The position numbers were made by a program, and so were the translations under genes. Source: Callorhinchus milii (lineage: Eukaryota). From it: 64,000 bases of DNA. Location: NCBI RefSeq assembly GCF_018977255.1, contig NW_024704742.1, positions 102,612,001 to 102,676,000 of the forward strand, read 5' to 3'. A model generated the notes under the pieces. That model searched no databases. It was not told where the DNA came from and saw only the letters and a list, made by a program, of their open reading frames with translations. Shown here piece after piece: positions 51,783 through 62,955 of this stretch. Position 1 is the first letter of the stretch; every line of letters starts with the position of its first letter.

Positions 51783-52642
51783 CACAACAACAACAACTTG
51801 CACTTATATTGCACCCTCTACGCAAGGTAGCCTCTCAGAGCGCTTAACAGTGGCGGAGCCTGACTCCAAGCCGGGTGGGTGGAGGTGACCGTAAGCACGG
51901 TCGAAAAGGAAGGTTTTCAGGCAGGCTGTGAAAATGGAGAGAGGGGGTAAGGCAAAGGGTTTGAGGAAGAGTGTTCCAGAGTTTTGGGGCGTTGAGGCTG
52001 AAAGCGCGACCTCCAATGGTAGAATGGAAGGTGCGAGGGACAAGTAGGAGGCCGGTCCCAGTCGAGCAAAGGAGCCGGTGGTGGATTGGGGAGTGAGGAG
52101 ATCAGAGAGGTAATGAGGTGCCAGGGATTGAATGGATTTGAACACTAGTGTGAGGATCTTGAAATCGATCTGTTCAGTGATGGGGAGCCAGTGGAGCCTG
52201 GCCAGAACAAGTGAAATGCGGTTACGGAGTTTGGTCCGGGTAAGTTTCTGGGTATCTGAGTTTTGAATGAGCTGGATTTTCTGAATAGTGGCGCTGGGGA
52301 GACTGGTGAGGAGTGCGTTTGAGTAATCCAGGCGGGAGGTGACAAATGCATGCACAAGGATTTTGGCTTTATTTGGTGTAAGGTACGGTCAGAGGTGGGC
52401 AATGTGGCGGAGGAAGGCGGCCCTGGTCAGGGACTGGATGTGGGGAAGGAAGGACAGCTGGGGGTCGAACCACACGCCAAGATTGCGCACTTGGTGACTC
52501 TAAGGGAGAGCCCAGGGAGGTTGAGGAGTTTAGATCCGTAGAAGTGAAGATGTTGATAGGAGCCAAGGAGCATGGCTTCCGTATTGTTCACATTCAACTG
52601 CAGGAAGTTTGCACTCATCCAGGCCCTGATGTCTGCCAGACA
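51783..52642 (-). mobile_element. L2 LINE 3' fragment (tail type B)
   Basis: HAFVTSRLDYSNALL...LHWLPITEQIDFKIL; type-B tail. Confidence 0.94.
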
Positions 52643-52874
52643 CGCAAGCTAGCATCTTGGAGCACTTATTAGTTGAAAGGAAGTAGAGCCGGAGTTTTCC
52701 CTCAAAGTTTGTAAAACAAGAGAAATATCGACCATGCAGATGAAAGTTCCCTTGCTTACTTTGTACACATGTTTTAAGACAACTGTGGCCAATAAACAGG
52801 GAAAGGGTCAACTTATTTCTCACCCTCCGAACAACAACTAACACTGACTTCAGAGGGTATTATGACCATCATCA

Positions 52875-53160
52875 TAACAATCCTTGCATTTGATATAGCA
52901 CCTTTTACATCAGAATGACATCTCAAAGTGCTTCATTGAAATTTACATTAATATGTTAATATGTAGCAACTGCACTGATATGTAGTTAATAAGTTAATAT
53001 AAAAACTGTGTATTTTATAGTTGAATCTGACTGCTAATTTATGCACAGCAACTTCCTACAAACAGCCATGAAGTGAGTGACCATTTTCTTCAGGCCAGCA
53101 CCCCGAAGAAACTCCCTTCTCTTTTTAAGTAGTGCCACGGGATGTTTAACATCCACCTAC
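52875..53160 (-). mobile_element. Deu-domain SINE 3' half
   Basis: aatccttgcatttgatatagc...aaacagccatgaagtgagtgacc...tagtgccacgggatgtttaacatccacc. Confidence 0.78.
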
Positions 53161-54455
53161 TATATAACAAATTCTAAATGAAGATTGCAAAACTAGAGCC
53201 AGAGAAAGATCAAACTTCCCAATGGATCAGTGGGTAATGTATGGGTTGGTCTGGTGCTGAACCACACAGGTGCTGAAATCGGCCTCAATCAATGCTTCCA
53301 GGCTAGGTTGGTATTGCCAAAAATGATATAGCACTCTCACTCTTATTCACCAGTAGTCGACATGTAGACATGTTCAGGCAGTAATATTGCTCCCCACACA
53401 CCAGCAACAGTATTCTGATGAACAGCCTGTTGACATGCACTGTCTGAGCTCAAGTACAAGAAAGGATCGCTTGGATGAGGAGCTTGTCACCTAATCTTAT
53501 CCCAAACATGAGTCACCAGCTTCGGTGGTGGGGGGGGGGATGAGGGAGAAAGGTAGAAAGGTAAAGTAAAAATGTCAACACTACAAAGTACTTGTGAATT
53601 CACTGTATTAACTGAATAAAATCTATGTAAAAACAGGCACAAAATCCTACTGAAACCTCCAATAAGTTAATTCACTAACCTTCCCCCAAGTGGCTGTGTA
53701 CTTTACCGATACACACCACCCATAGATGTGCAACAATTGCTTTGTACAAAATGTCAAATCCAATTCTGTTGGCCTTAATACGAGTTTAAATTCAGTCAAA
53801 GAGTACTAGTATCACTGTAGGGACATTCTTCAAATCTTCAAAGCCATTTACAAAATCAGTGAGTATTAATAGTAAACCCGACCAAGGGTCAAAATACAGA
53901 TTCTTTTAAGTTCATTGTATAACTCTAGGCTAATAATATGTCATCACCGACCTAAACACAATTCAAAGTGCATGAAAGAAGTTTCAACTTCAGTTTGGGG
54001 ATTGTCTAATTATTCAACTGTCTGGGAAAGTCACAACTTTAAGCTGAACAGAACCGTTGATAGATTCTGGGAGCCAAATTAATGGTCACTCAGCTCATTC
54101 ATTAACACATATGAATAAAATGAAAAAAGGGCAATTAATCAACCTGTCAACTAATGTATATAATTCATGATGACATAGCATAAGAGCTTACTTTCATGAC
54201 TGATACCAAGTACTGTAGAAACTTTCAATAAAACTAACAGTAGTCACGTTGTGCTTGTAACTGAACACTCTAGGATGGAAATAACTGTCTAATACAAAGA
54301 ACAAAACACTTTACTATCCACTTACAGTACTTTTTCAAATGTTACCTACAATCTTAAATTGTACAGTGCCAACTAAGAATATTCAGGACACCTACCCCGC
54401 GTAAAATAGATTGATAACACAATGCTTTTTTTTACTAACAGCTCAAAAAAGTGCT

Positions 54456-54760
54456 CAACAACACCAACAAAATACATTTATATAGTGCCTTTCATGTTGG
54501 GAGAATGTCCCAAGATGCTGGACAGTGAAGGGTTTACACCCAAGGCCAGGGTTGGAGTCAACAGAGGTGGAGGGCAAGGCGGGTGGAGGTAGGAGGATAA
54601 ACCAAGCCACAGACGAAGAGGAAGGTCTTGAGATGGGCCTTGAAGGAGGCAAGGGAGGTGGCGAGGTGGTGGAGCTCGGTGATAGAGTTCCAGAGGGTGG
54701 GGGCAGAAACGCTGAAGGGCCGACCACCAATGGTGGAACAAGCAGGGCATGGGACACAGA
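54456..54760 (-). mobile_element. L2 3' tail fragment (type A)
   Basis: caacaacaccaacaaaatacatttatatagtgcctttcatgttgggagaatgtcccaag...gctgaagggccgaccacc. Confidence 0.88.
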
Positions 54761-56339
54761 GTAGGGCATTGCCTACCGAGCTCAGGTGAGAACCGCATTG
54801 ATATTTTCAGAAGTTAATCTGCCACGTAGACATCTTCAAGCTTTGAACCCAGAGTAACCGAACAGCAGTATTCTTTACAGGGAAGAAAATAAAGGAGATA
54901 AAAGGGGATAATAGGTGGATAGGTGGACAGTTGTCTCCAAATACCTCTTTAGAATATCAACCTAGTCTACAAGCTCAAGCCGGAACATGGGACCTGAACC
55001 TACAATCTTCGGACTCTTTGAGGTGAGAGCCCCAACAACTGAGGCAAGTTTACTCAACACATTTTAACAACACAAAAAAAAGAGGTTAGCCAAGCGCATG
55101 AACAAATCTGTAAAGCTGCCTTACCTATACTGCATTTTAAAAAAATGGTGAAAAAAATCAATTCTACGCTACATCTTACTGTAACTTTGAAGTTCCTCAT
55201 TCACTGTAAAGTGAAAACATGTGTCTGATAAACTCAGAAGTATTTTACAGCTTCTGCTGTCATTAAAGGAGTTTAAAATGTCAAGAAAAGCAGCATGCAT
55301 CCTGGAAAGGGAAACAATATCTATTCAGAGGCGGTTTTGTTGAGGCCATATTTCAATAGTGCAGAATTGGACCATACAGGCCAACAAAGAAAAATGCTGC
55401 AACTCAAATTGCACTATTAGATGCTGGCAATAATTAGACACACTTAGTAGGAACACAGTTTAGAACAGTTAATGGCTAAAACACAAGCATACAGGAAGTA
55501 GCTTTGTTCTTGAACTTTTATTCAGACAACCTAATTAGACTTACTAAGGAAACAACTAATTAAAAGATAAATATCATTACATTATTCCAATTCACATATG
55601 GGTATGGAATTGCTCTGCACTTGAATCCTACCTATGCATAAATACATTCAGAAAATAAACACTTAGTTTATTTAGGGCATTAAACGCATTTATCAATTTT
55701 TCTGCAACAATTTTCAATGACTTAATTGTGAGACGATGTGAAATGAAGAAACTCAGTAGCTATCACAAATCCCTTCGCAGCTCAAATGTGATGAGAACGA
55801 AAATGCAACTGCAAATTACTCGTGGATTATAAACCACATACAATGCGAGATGAGCAATGAATACCTGAAATACAGCAACATTCAGGTCAAAACCAGAATG
55901 AGAAAAGGGGTTGCCTTTAAATGCATTCAAAATTGACGATAGCATTTGAGGTGCCGTGTCCAGTTAGTGAAGACACAATGACAAGTCAGTGTTCACAGAA
56001 GCAATGCAAAGACATCGCTCAGCATAATGTTTTAATGGACCTCTAAGTGATGGGAACAAGTCACTCACGCAATGGAACAGCAGAAAAGCATCACAATTTT
56101 TAATGTACAAAAGCTAGGATGCACAGCCAGGTCTCAGGAAATCTAAGAATATAAGAGGATTATCATTTTAGATTGTAGGCTGCAGTCCATAAACCATACA
56201 TTTTTAAAAACAATTAATAGTTTGAAAGGAAGCTTATTTTTGAAGAGAAGCATGTTTAAGTTGATAGAACAGAGAACTTAGCCAGCCTGTAGGATCTTTA
56301 TTCCTTGGGCTAGATTGCTAAAATGTTTGCAAAGAACTA

Positions 56340-56648
56340 ATAATAAGCCTTACATTTGATATAGCACCTATACTGACGAAGCACTATAAGCCCTTCAGAA
56401 CTTTTCTACAGAGTATAGTGCCTGTGTATTTTCTAGGTGAATGAGGCAGTTAATCTCACAAACAGCCATGAACTGAGTGAACAATTTTATTTGGGGCACT
56501 GTTGGCCAGGACGCCAGGAGAAACTCCCTCTCTTTTCAAACAGTAGTGTCATGAGATCTTTAACATCCATGTGAACCGGAATACACTTGAGCCCACAAGC
56601 TTTTGACTCAAGAGGCGAGAATGCTATCAACTAAGCCAGGCTGACGCC
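56340..56648 (-). mobile_element. Deu-domain SINE, internally deleted
   Basis: gttggccaggacgccaggagaaactccc...gatctttaacatcca...gactcaagaggcgagaatgctatcaactaagccaggctgac. Confidence 0.8.
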
Positions 56649-56654
56649 TAATGA

Positions 56655-57050
56655 TGCTGATGGGAACCAAGTAAGAGAGCTTCAGTCTTGTCGACATTTA
56701 AACTGTAGAAATTAGATATCATCCAGGACTTGATGTCTGACAGTCTATCAGTCAGAACAGCTATGGTCCTGGAATCAAAGTTAAGATGAGGTCTTTAAGC
56801 GCTCTGGGACGCTGCTACCCTGGGTGAGGGGCGCTATACAAATGCACGTTTTTGTTATTGTAGAAGCAGGAGATGGAGTTGGACGTCCTTGGTGTAAATG
56901 ATGTCACCAAGGGAGAGCAAACAGATGTATCAGCATAGAGCCCTGAGGAACACCACAGGTGACTGTGCATTGGTGGGAGAAGAAGCCATTAGAGAGACAA
57001 AGGAAGACTATGAAACCAGGAAAGGACAGAGGCCATGAGGTGGAGCAAGG
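56655..57050 (-). mobile_element. Old L2 RT fragment with a plus-strand L2 tail (about 56795-56862) inside it
   Basis: ORF 56904-57314 contains SNGFFSHQCTVTCGVPQGS. The insert reads aagcgctctgggacgctgctaccctgggtgaggggcgctatacaaatgc. Confidence 0.72.
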
Positions 57051-57463
57051 AGGAGAGAATTGTAAAGTTAAAGCTGGTGAAGAGATGCGTAAAAATAGGG
57101 AATAAACACTGCTTGTTTGAAGGCAAAATATGGTAGGGCTATGCGCAGTAAATTGGGATAAGAACAAAGAATTACCCAGTGGGCTAAACACAGTAGATTG
57201 AATTACTACCAGTATTAACTTGTTGTGCAGATATAAATGCAGCCTGTGATATTGTCCACCAATAATGAAATTTAAGATCACGAGTACCAAGAATTGTGGA
57301 AAACTAGCTGCCAAATTAAGACTAAATCGAAAACTGTTTTCTAAAATTCTGCATGACTTTACTTTAAGTTAATGTTCTTCAAACTAAGATCATGGAAAAT
57401 TTTGGGCTCAGGTTAAGCTTTTGGTCTTAAGGACGAGTGAGAGAAATACTGGCTAGTGACAAT

Positions 57464-57486
57464 CACACACACATACACACACACAC
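57464..57486 (+). repeat. Short imperfect (CA)n microsatellite
   Basis: cacacacacatacacacacacac. Confidence 0.8.
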
Positions 57487-58419
57487 CCAAAGTAAGGGCA
57501 AGTGGAGGCAAAATCAAAATGTATTGAAATATATCAATTATCTTTTCCATCAATTTTAATAGCTGTTTTAGATTGTGGCCAACTCAAAAATGTAATTTTG
57601 AAAATATAAACCTACACTGCTGTGTAATGCTCACTTGTCGTTCCACAATTTCCCCTGGGATCAAAAAGCATAAAGTCTTTTGAGCTGGCAGCAATTTGCT
57701 AATGACTAGCAGCAGTCTACATTACTCAGGTTGTACAGAATATAGTATAAAGCAAACAACACGATCTGTGCCACTATACCAGCTGGGCTCTGCCATCCAC
57801 TTCAGTCACTCCAAATGTACCAAGAGACTTCTCTTCTGAAGCACAGATTACTAATGCATTGTCCCAGGCAAGTGCCCTACTGACAAGATTGAATGCAAGA
57901 AACATGGAAAACGTGAACTCCAATCAATGTGCTTCTATTGCCATCTGCTGTCCACTCAGAGTAAGATCACATCAAGAGCAATAAAAGCAATATGAGGAGT
58001 AAACTGCAAGCAACTGACACCGTTGAAGTTAAATGCTGCAGTGAAAGCTCAGAAGTGGGCACAACCATCCTATGATTACTTTGTGTGCTGTCACCTCCAC
58101 GTCACCACTCTCAGGGCATAAAAAAAATTTTTTTTGAGAAAGCAGTTGGCTGCTAGACTGGCTGTGGAGTATGCAGTACATATCGTAAAGAGTAATTGGG
58201 AACCACTTCTGTGGCTTTCCCCACCCTTCCCGGCACACGGGGTGATTGTTAACAAATCTACTTATAAGGCACTAAATCAAAAGTTTCTTGTGATAGCATA
58301 ACTCCCACCTTTCATAAATACTGTAGAGAGCTTATGTGGACAGTGGTAATACGAGTAATGGTAGTATCCCAAAGGTCAGGGTGTCTCAAATCCCCTTTCC
58401 CCACCAATGCATTCCCTCA

Positions 58420-58660
58420 GCCTGGCTTTTAACCGCACTCAACAACCTGTAGGCTTTTAAAACTCAAGCAGTTACCTACGAACTAGCTCTCAATCTATCC
58501 ATTCTGCTCTCCTTTTTTCCAACTCATCATCTTGAACCATCAGCATGTTCACCTACACTCCCTGATCCCAAACCCCACCCCCGCTCAGGTCTAAATCCCT
58601 GACTGTCCAACGTCTTGGAACATGAAAGGCACTATACAAATGTAATTTTGTATTGTAGTA
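58420..58660 (+). mobile_element. Degraded L2 type-A tail, about 140 nt into the intron after the 111-nt exon
   Basis: ccctgactgtccaacgtcttgg...tgaaaggcactatacaaatgtaattttgtattg. Confidence 0.7.
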
Positions 58661-58801
58661 TTGTTTTGTGTGTCCCTTAGATACTTTCCATCTGACCATT
58701 GGCTGCTGGGTACCACCTTTATCCTTTCAATGGTGAATCAAAAAGCTCAATCATAAGTGAAGTTCCTTTTTACATCATCATCCTCAATGAATGTGACTTA
58801 C

Positions 58802-58912
58802 CTCAGAGTCTTCACTATTAACTCCTAGCTCAAGAATGGCATGAGGAGACTTCAGTTTGGCTTGCATCGACTGAGCCATTTCAAGGTTGAGCTGCCAGCC
58901 AATTGTCTCAAG
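58802..58912 (-). CDS. COMMD10: COMM domain-containing protein 10, internal coding exon (equivalent to human exon 5, start of COMM domain)
   Basis: Minus strand: tttcttacattttaattctag|CTTGAGACA...GACTCTGAG|gtaagt; 111 nt, phase 0/0. Translates [37 protein letters not shown] (human [37 protein letters not shown]). Splices in frame to the 59499-59654 exon. Absent from the ORF track. Confidence 0.97.
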
Positions 58913-59498
58913 CTAGAATTAAAATGTAAGAAATTACTGCACAAGTAAATCGGTTTTGCAGTGAAAACACAATTTCCGTCTGTAAGAAAACAGTTAAAAT
59001 TTAAAACAAAATGTTCACTCTCAACTGTATGGCAACAGCTGATGTTTCCACCTGGAAATTCCTAAATTATAGAGCAATACTATATATTCAGTGAGGTGAA
59101 GCTCTCTCCCATGGTTCAGATGTATGGTTACATAGAATCCTACAGGATGGAAACAGGCCATTTGGCCCAACTAGACTGGACAAACATTCTGAAAACTTCT
59201 CAATCAAACAAGTAGCAAGACAGATTTGATGGTGCAACATGCATCAAATGCCAGTCAGTGAAAGCAATATTCTGGCATGAAGCATCACCTTCAGGAGAGT
59301 TGGGAGTAAGGGGAGAAATATCCAAGGAGGTGGTTTATTTTAAGCTATGATATTCAAACACACTGCATTAGCTATAATACTCTTTTTTGGAAACTGAATC
59401 CTGTGGGCAAAAATAATTCAAGCAAAGTTTGTTTATTTCTAAATAAATGAAGGGCCATTAAATATTTCTTAACACTATAGACAAGATAGAGTGTGTAC

Positions 59499-59654
59499 CT
59501 TTTTGGGAGCAAATGTTCTATGGCGGAACTTTTCCACCGTTTCTTGGCCTGTACTTGCCCAGGCCTGAGTAAACGCCTCGGACTTCTCTTGGCTTAAATG
59601 GATGTTTTCTAATTGTTGATGGAGAATAGTGGGTTTCATGTTGTAATAGGCTGC
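59499..59654 (-). CDS. COMMD10: COMM domain-containing protein 10, internal coding exon (equivalent to human exon 4)
   Basis: Minus strand: ttctttcttgcatcgtcttacccag|GCAGCCTAT...CCCAAAAAG|gtacac; 156 nt, phase 0/0. Translates [52 protein letters not shown], which I recognise from memory as COMMD10 (human [52 protein letters not shown]). Confidence 0.97.
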
Positions 59655-61041
59655 CTGGGTAAGACGATGCAAGAAAGAAAGGTAAAATGTCAAAATATAT
59701 GCTCCAAAACCTTGCAAATAACATTATTAAACAAAAGCAATGAAATGCAGTGAGCTCTGATTTTCCACTGTTTAAGAGGTACAACTGTTCTTACAGTATG
59801 AGTTGATCTAAAGTGAGGAGCGGAAACACAGACTTTTGTATCTCCAAGTATAACTAAATGACATATCCGGTAAATGTTCATTCTTAGAGGAGCGTAGGCA
59901 CATTACTGCACCAATATTCTATTACCAGACACTCTTTCTGCAGAAAGACTACAGGACCTGAGGAATTTTATTTTTAAAACGATGAAGATAAAATGACTGA
60001 ATTGCATGTCTAATAGTTATTCATTTCTAAATCCTTGTTGATGTTTTTGGAAGTTCACCCTCACTAAGTCATAGGAAACTAGAATATAGGAAATCAAGTT
60101 CCAGCAGGTCTCTCCAAAAGAGAATTTAGACCTGCTGTGTGGAAAAGAAGGGAAGAGAAGAGGGAAGAAATGTATACTCTAATGCAGATCAGGTAAATTA
60201 GTGCTCTGAAGATCCTTTGCAACATTGAGAAAAATACAAATAATTTCTCAGCTTGAATTCCATTCCCTCACTTGTTCAGTAAGTGCCTAAATTCAAGTAA
60301 TTTGCATCAAAATTAACTATCCAGCAAAATAAAGCTTGGGTTAAACAAAGGGCATGCTCCAATATGCTGAAGAAGCTATCTAGAGCTTTGATTGGTGTCA
60401 CACAGACACAGTCCTCATTGAATTGGAGGAAAATAATAAAGAAAATATATAATCATCTTTGTCAGTAGCATGCCTCAAAGGGTGGCAACAGTTCTGCTTG
60501 ACTTGTGAAAAGAGCTATTAAGTAAATGTGTCATAGTATAGCCCCTGAGATATACATTATATAGCAAACATTTTATTATAAATTATGAAAAGTAAACCAC
60601 AGGATATCAAGCTAGGATCCACAGATCATCAAAATAAAGAACATTAAGCCCCAGGAAAGAGTCCACTCAACACATCCCAACTATATCTGTGAAAATTGAA
60701 CAAACGGGAGCTCTCCATTTAACAATGTTTTAACCATAGTTGTCAGCTTCGCTTATGACGATCCATTCAGTCACACTTAGTGGCTAGCTTTATGGATACC
60801 AAGGGGAACTAGAGGTCCGAAAATATTTGTGACGTATAAGATTACGAAGAATTTTGCATAAAACGGCCTTAAATTCACTCTTAATTAGAAGCCAATTTTC
60901 CACAGCTACAAAATATTTGCCCACATAACACACAATCAAAATACTATCATAAGAAGACAGAGGCCAAGCACTTTCTTGTATATTAGCACACAGATTTTGG
61001 AGACTAATATGCTTTCAAGTACCCTTGTGCACTTTCTAGCA

Positions 61042-61458
61042 AATCATAGAATCATAGAATCATACAGCACAGAAAGAGGCCATTCGGCCCATCGCGTCTG
61101 CGCCGGCTCCTAAAAGAGCAATCCAACTCAACGCTTTCTCTCCATAGCCCTGCAATCCTATCCTCCCCAAATAACCATCTACTTCTCTCTTAAAAGTTGT
61201 TATTGCATCAGCTTCCACGACCCTTTCAGGTAATGCATTCCAGAGCCGAACAACTCACTAGGTGAAAAAAAAATTCCTAACCTCCCGTTTCTTTCAAAAA
61301 CTATCTGAAATCAGTGTCCTCGGGTTACTGACCCACATGCCGGTGCCGGTGGAAACAGTTTTTCCTGGTTCAACCTATCAAATCCTCTCATGATCTTGAA
61401 AACCTCTATTAAATCCCCTCTTAATCTTCTCTGCTCTGGGGAGAATAATCCTAGTTTC
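61042..61458 (-). mobile_element. CR1-clade LINE 3' end
   Basis: Minus tail gagccggcgcagacgcgatgggccgaatggcctctttctgtgctgtatgattctatgattctatgatt. Body homologous to 20035-20545 (aaatcccctcttaatcttctctgctct). Confidence 0.9.
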
Positions 61459-62277
61459 GACGTGACGACGTGATGCAAGGATTATTATTATAATATTATT
61501 CACTACAGACACTCCTCTGCAACTGAATCCTTTTCAGTGGCTTCCAAATTACAAACCAAGTCACTTTCAAATATACACATAAAAAGGGGAAATGTTCATC
61601 AAAATGACCAATTATTTTCCTTCTTGTACTCAAGATGTTGATATTCTCCTCCATTTACTTGTAAAACTACAGTACAGCGATTGTTCTCCAGTCGTCTGTG
61701 CTGGATACAGACTAAGTCATAACATGGAAATTTCAGAACCCTCTCCATTATAATGCATCAGGAATCTTAATAACACAGGCTTTCATGTTTCCTTTTTTTA
61801 AACAAAGAAACCGCAGAAAATAGTCCATGAAACTTTTTGTACTGTTTCCAATGACAATCATACATTAAACAGAAGGGATGTACTGCCTTTTATAACAAGA
61901 TAAAGTGACAACAGATCTTTTGCAAGTGCAACAATTCTAAAACCGAACATCAGAAGGAATACTAAAAATGTGACAGCGTAATACACTAACATTAAAAAAG
62001 TACAGTTCTTGTTAGCTGACTAGTTTAAAATAATTATTTCAGTGATCAAGTGACACCACATTAAAATATTTGCAAACATAATTTTCAAGTTTGTTCAAGA
62101 CTCAAATGAAAAGAGGCCTTCATTGAGTCACTGCAACAGGATGCCGTGTTAGCACTGCACATTGCAAATCCAATGCAATATACCGGAGTGGAACAACACA
62201 GGCTAAATCCTGAGGGAGAAGGATGTAGGAAGAGGTGGGGGAAGAGAATTAGGATGGATAGAGTATCATATACAGTA

Positions 62278-62881
62278 CTAGCTGTACCTGTTGCAGCTAC
62301 GCTTGCAACCAAATAATTCAATATGGAATGTAGATTGACACACATACAGACACACAGACAGATGTCACATCTTCATCGATAATCATCTGGGGACTCCTGT
62401 GGGAGGACTCCTTTTGGGAGGACGCCTTTTGGAAGGACTCAGTGGGAGTCATCGGTGCTTAGAAATGTAGTTTTGTTGTTGTTGCCACAGCTTAGCTTTA
62501 TCTGTGTTCTTTATTTTGTTCCCATCCCTTGGCTACTTGTACGCTCTGTGATGCAGGATGCCACAGTGCCACGGTCAGCCAGCAAGACCACCTGGTGTAA
62601 CTGCAGTGTGTGCGTACATACGTATGTGCTCTATGATGCACAATGCCACTGTGCCACTATGACTCGACAGCCACCAAATGTAAATGCAGCGAAAAATGCA
62701 AAACTGAAAATAACTCATGAACGATATGAGATACCCGAAAATAAATATGCCCATGTCACTTCCAGTAGCAAGACCTTTCAGATGAGGTATAAATCATGTC
62801 TCTACGTCAATCGGTTATTGAGATCCTTCTTGAAGCGCAGGCAGACATTGTCGTTTTATTAGTATAGAAGAAGATAGAAGA
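62278..62881 (-). mobile_element. Non-autonomous Helitron, copy 2, both termini intact
   Basis: Minus strand: A|TCTTCTATCTTCTTCTATACTAATAAAACGACAATGTCTG...GTTGCAAGCGTAGCTGCAAC(hairpin)AGGTACAGCTAG|T. It has a 5' TC, a 3' CTAG, a subterminal hairpin, an A|T insertion site and no TSD. Confidence 0.88.
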
Positions 62882-62955
62882 TAAACACAAGCACAGACAA
62901 GTTGGCCGAACTCGTTTCCTGTGTCGGAGCTATAGATTCTATGTAATGCTATGTA
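62882..62955 (+). mobile_element. CR1 3' tail remnant (continues before 62277; split by the Helitron)
   Basis: taaacacaagcacagacaagttggccgaactcgtttcctgtgtc...gattctatgtaatgctatgtaa. Confidence 0.65.

Larger units (their letters stand above)
1..58801 (-). other. COMMD10: Large COMMD10 intron downstream of the 111-nt exon (runs off the window start)
   Basis: Begins with GTAAGT donor at 58801. I found no exon for the expected next peptide (roughly xLEKVxVEFxHxELFxFYNK) by eye. Confidence 0.75.

Noticed and set aside
55763..55864. Possible alternative last exon (tgtatttcag|GTATTCATT..., VFIAHLALYVVYNPRVICSCIFVLITFELRRDL*)
   Set aside because: No similarity to the COMMD10 C-terminus and only a generic acceptor; unsupported without transcripts.
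62455..62862. 135-aa ORF on the plus strand
   Set aside because: Antisense frame inside the non-autonomous Helitron; no Rep or helicase motifs.
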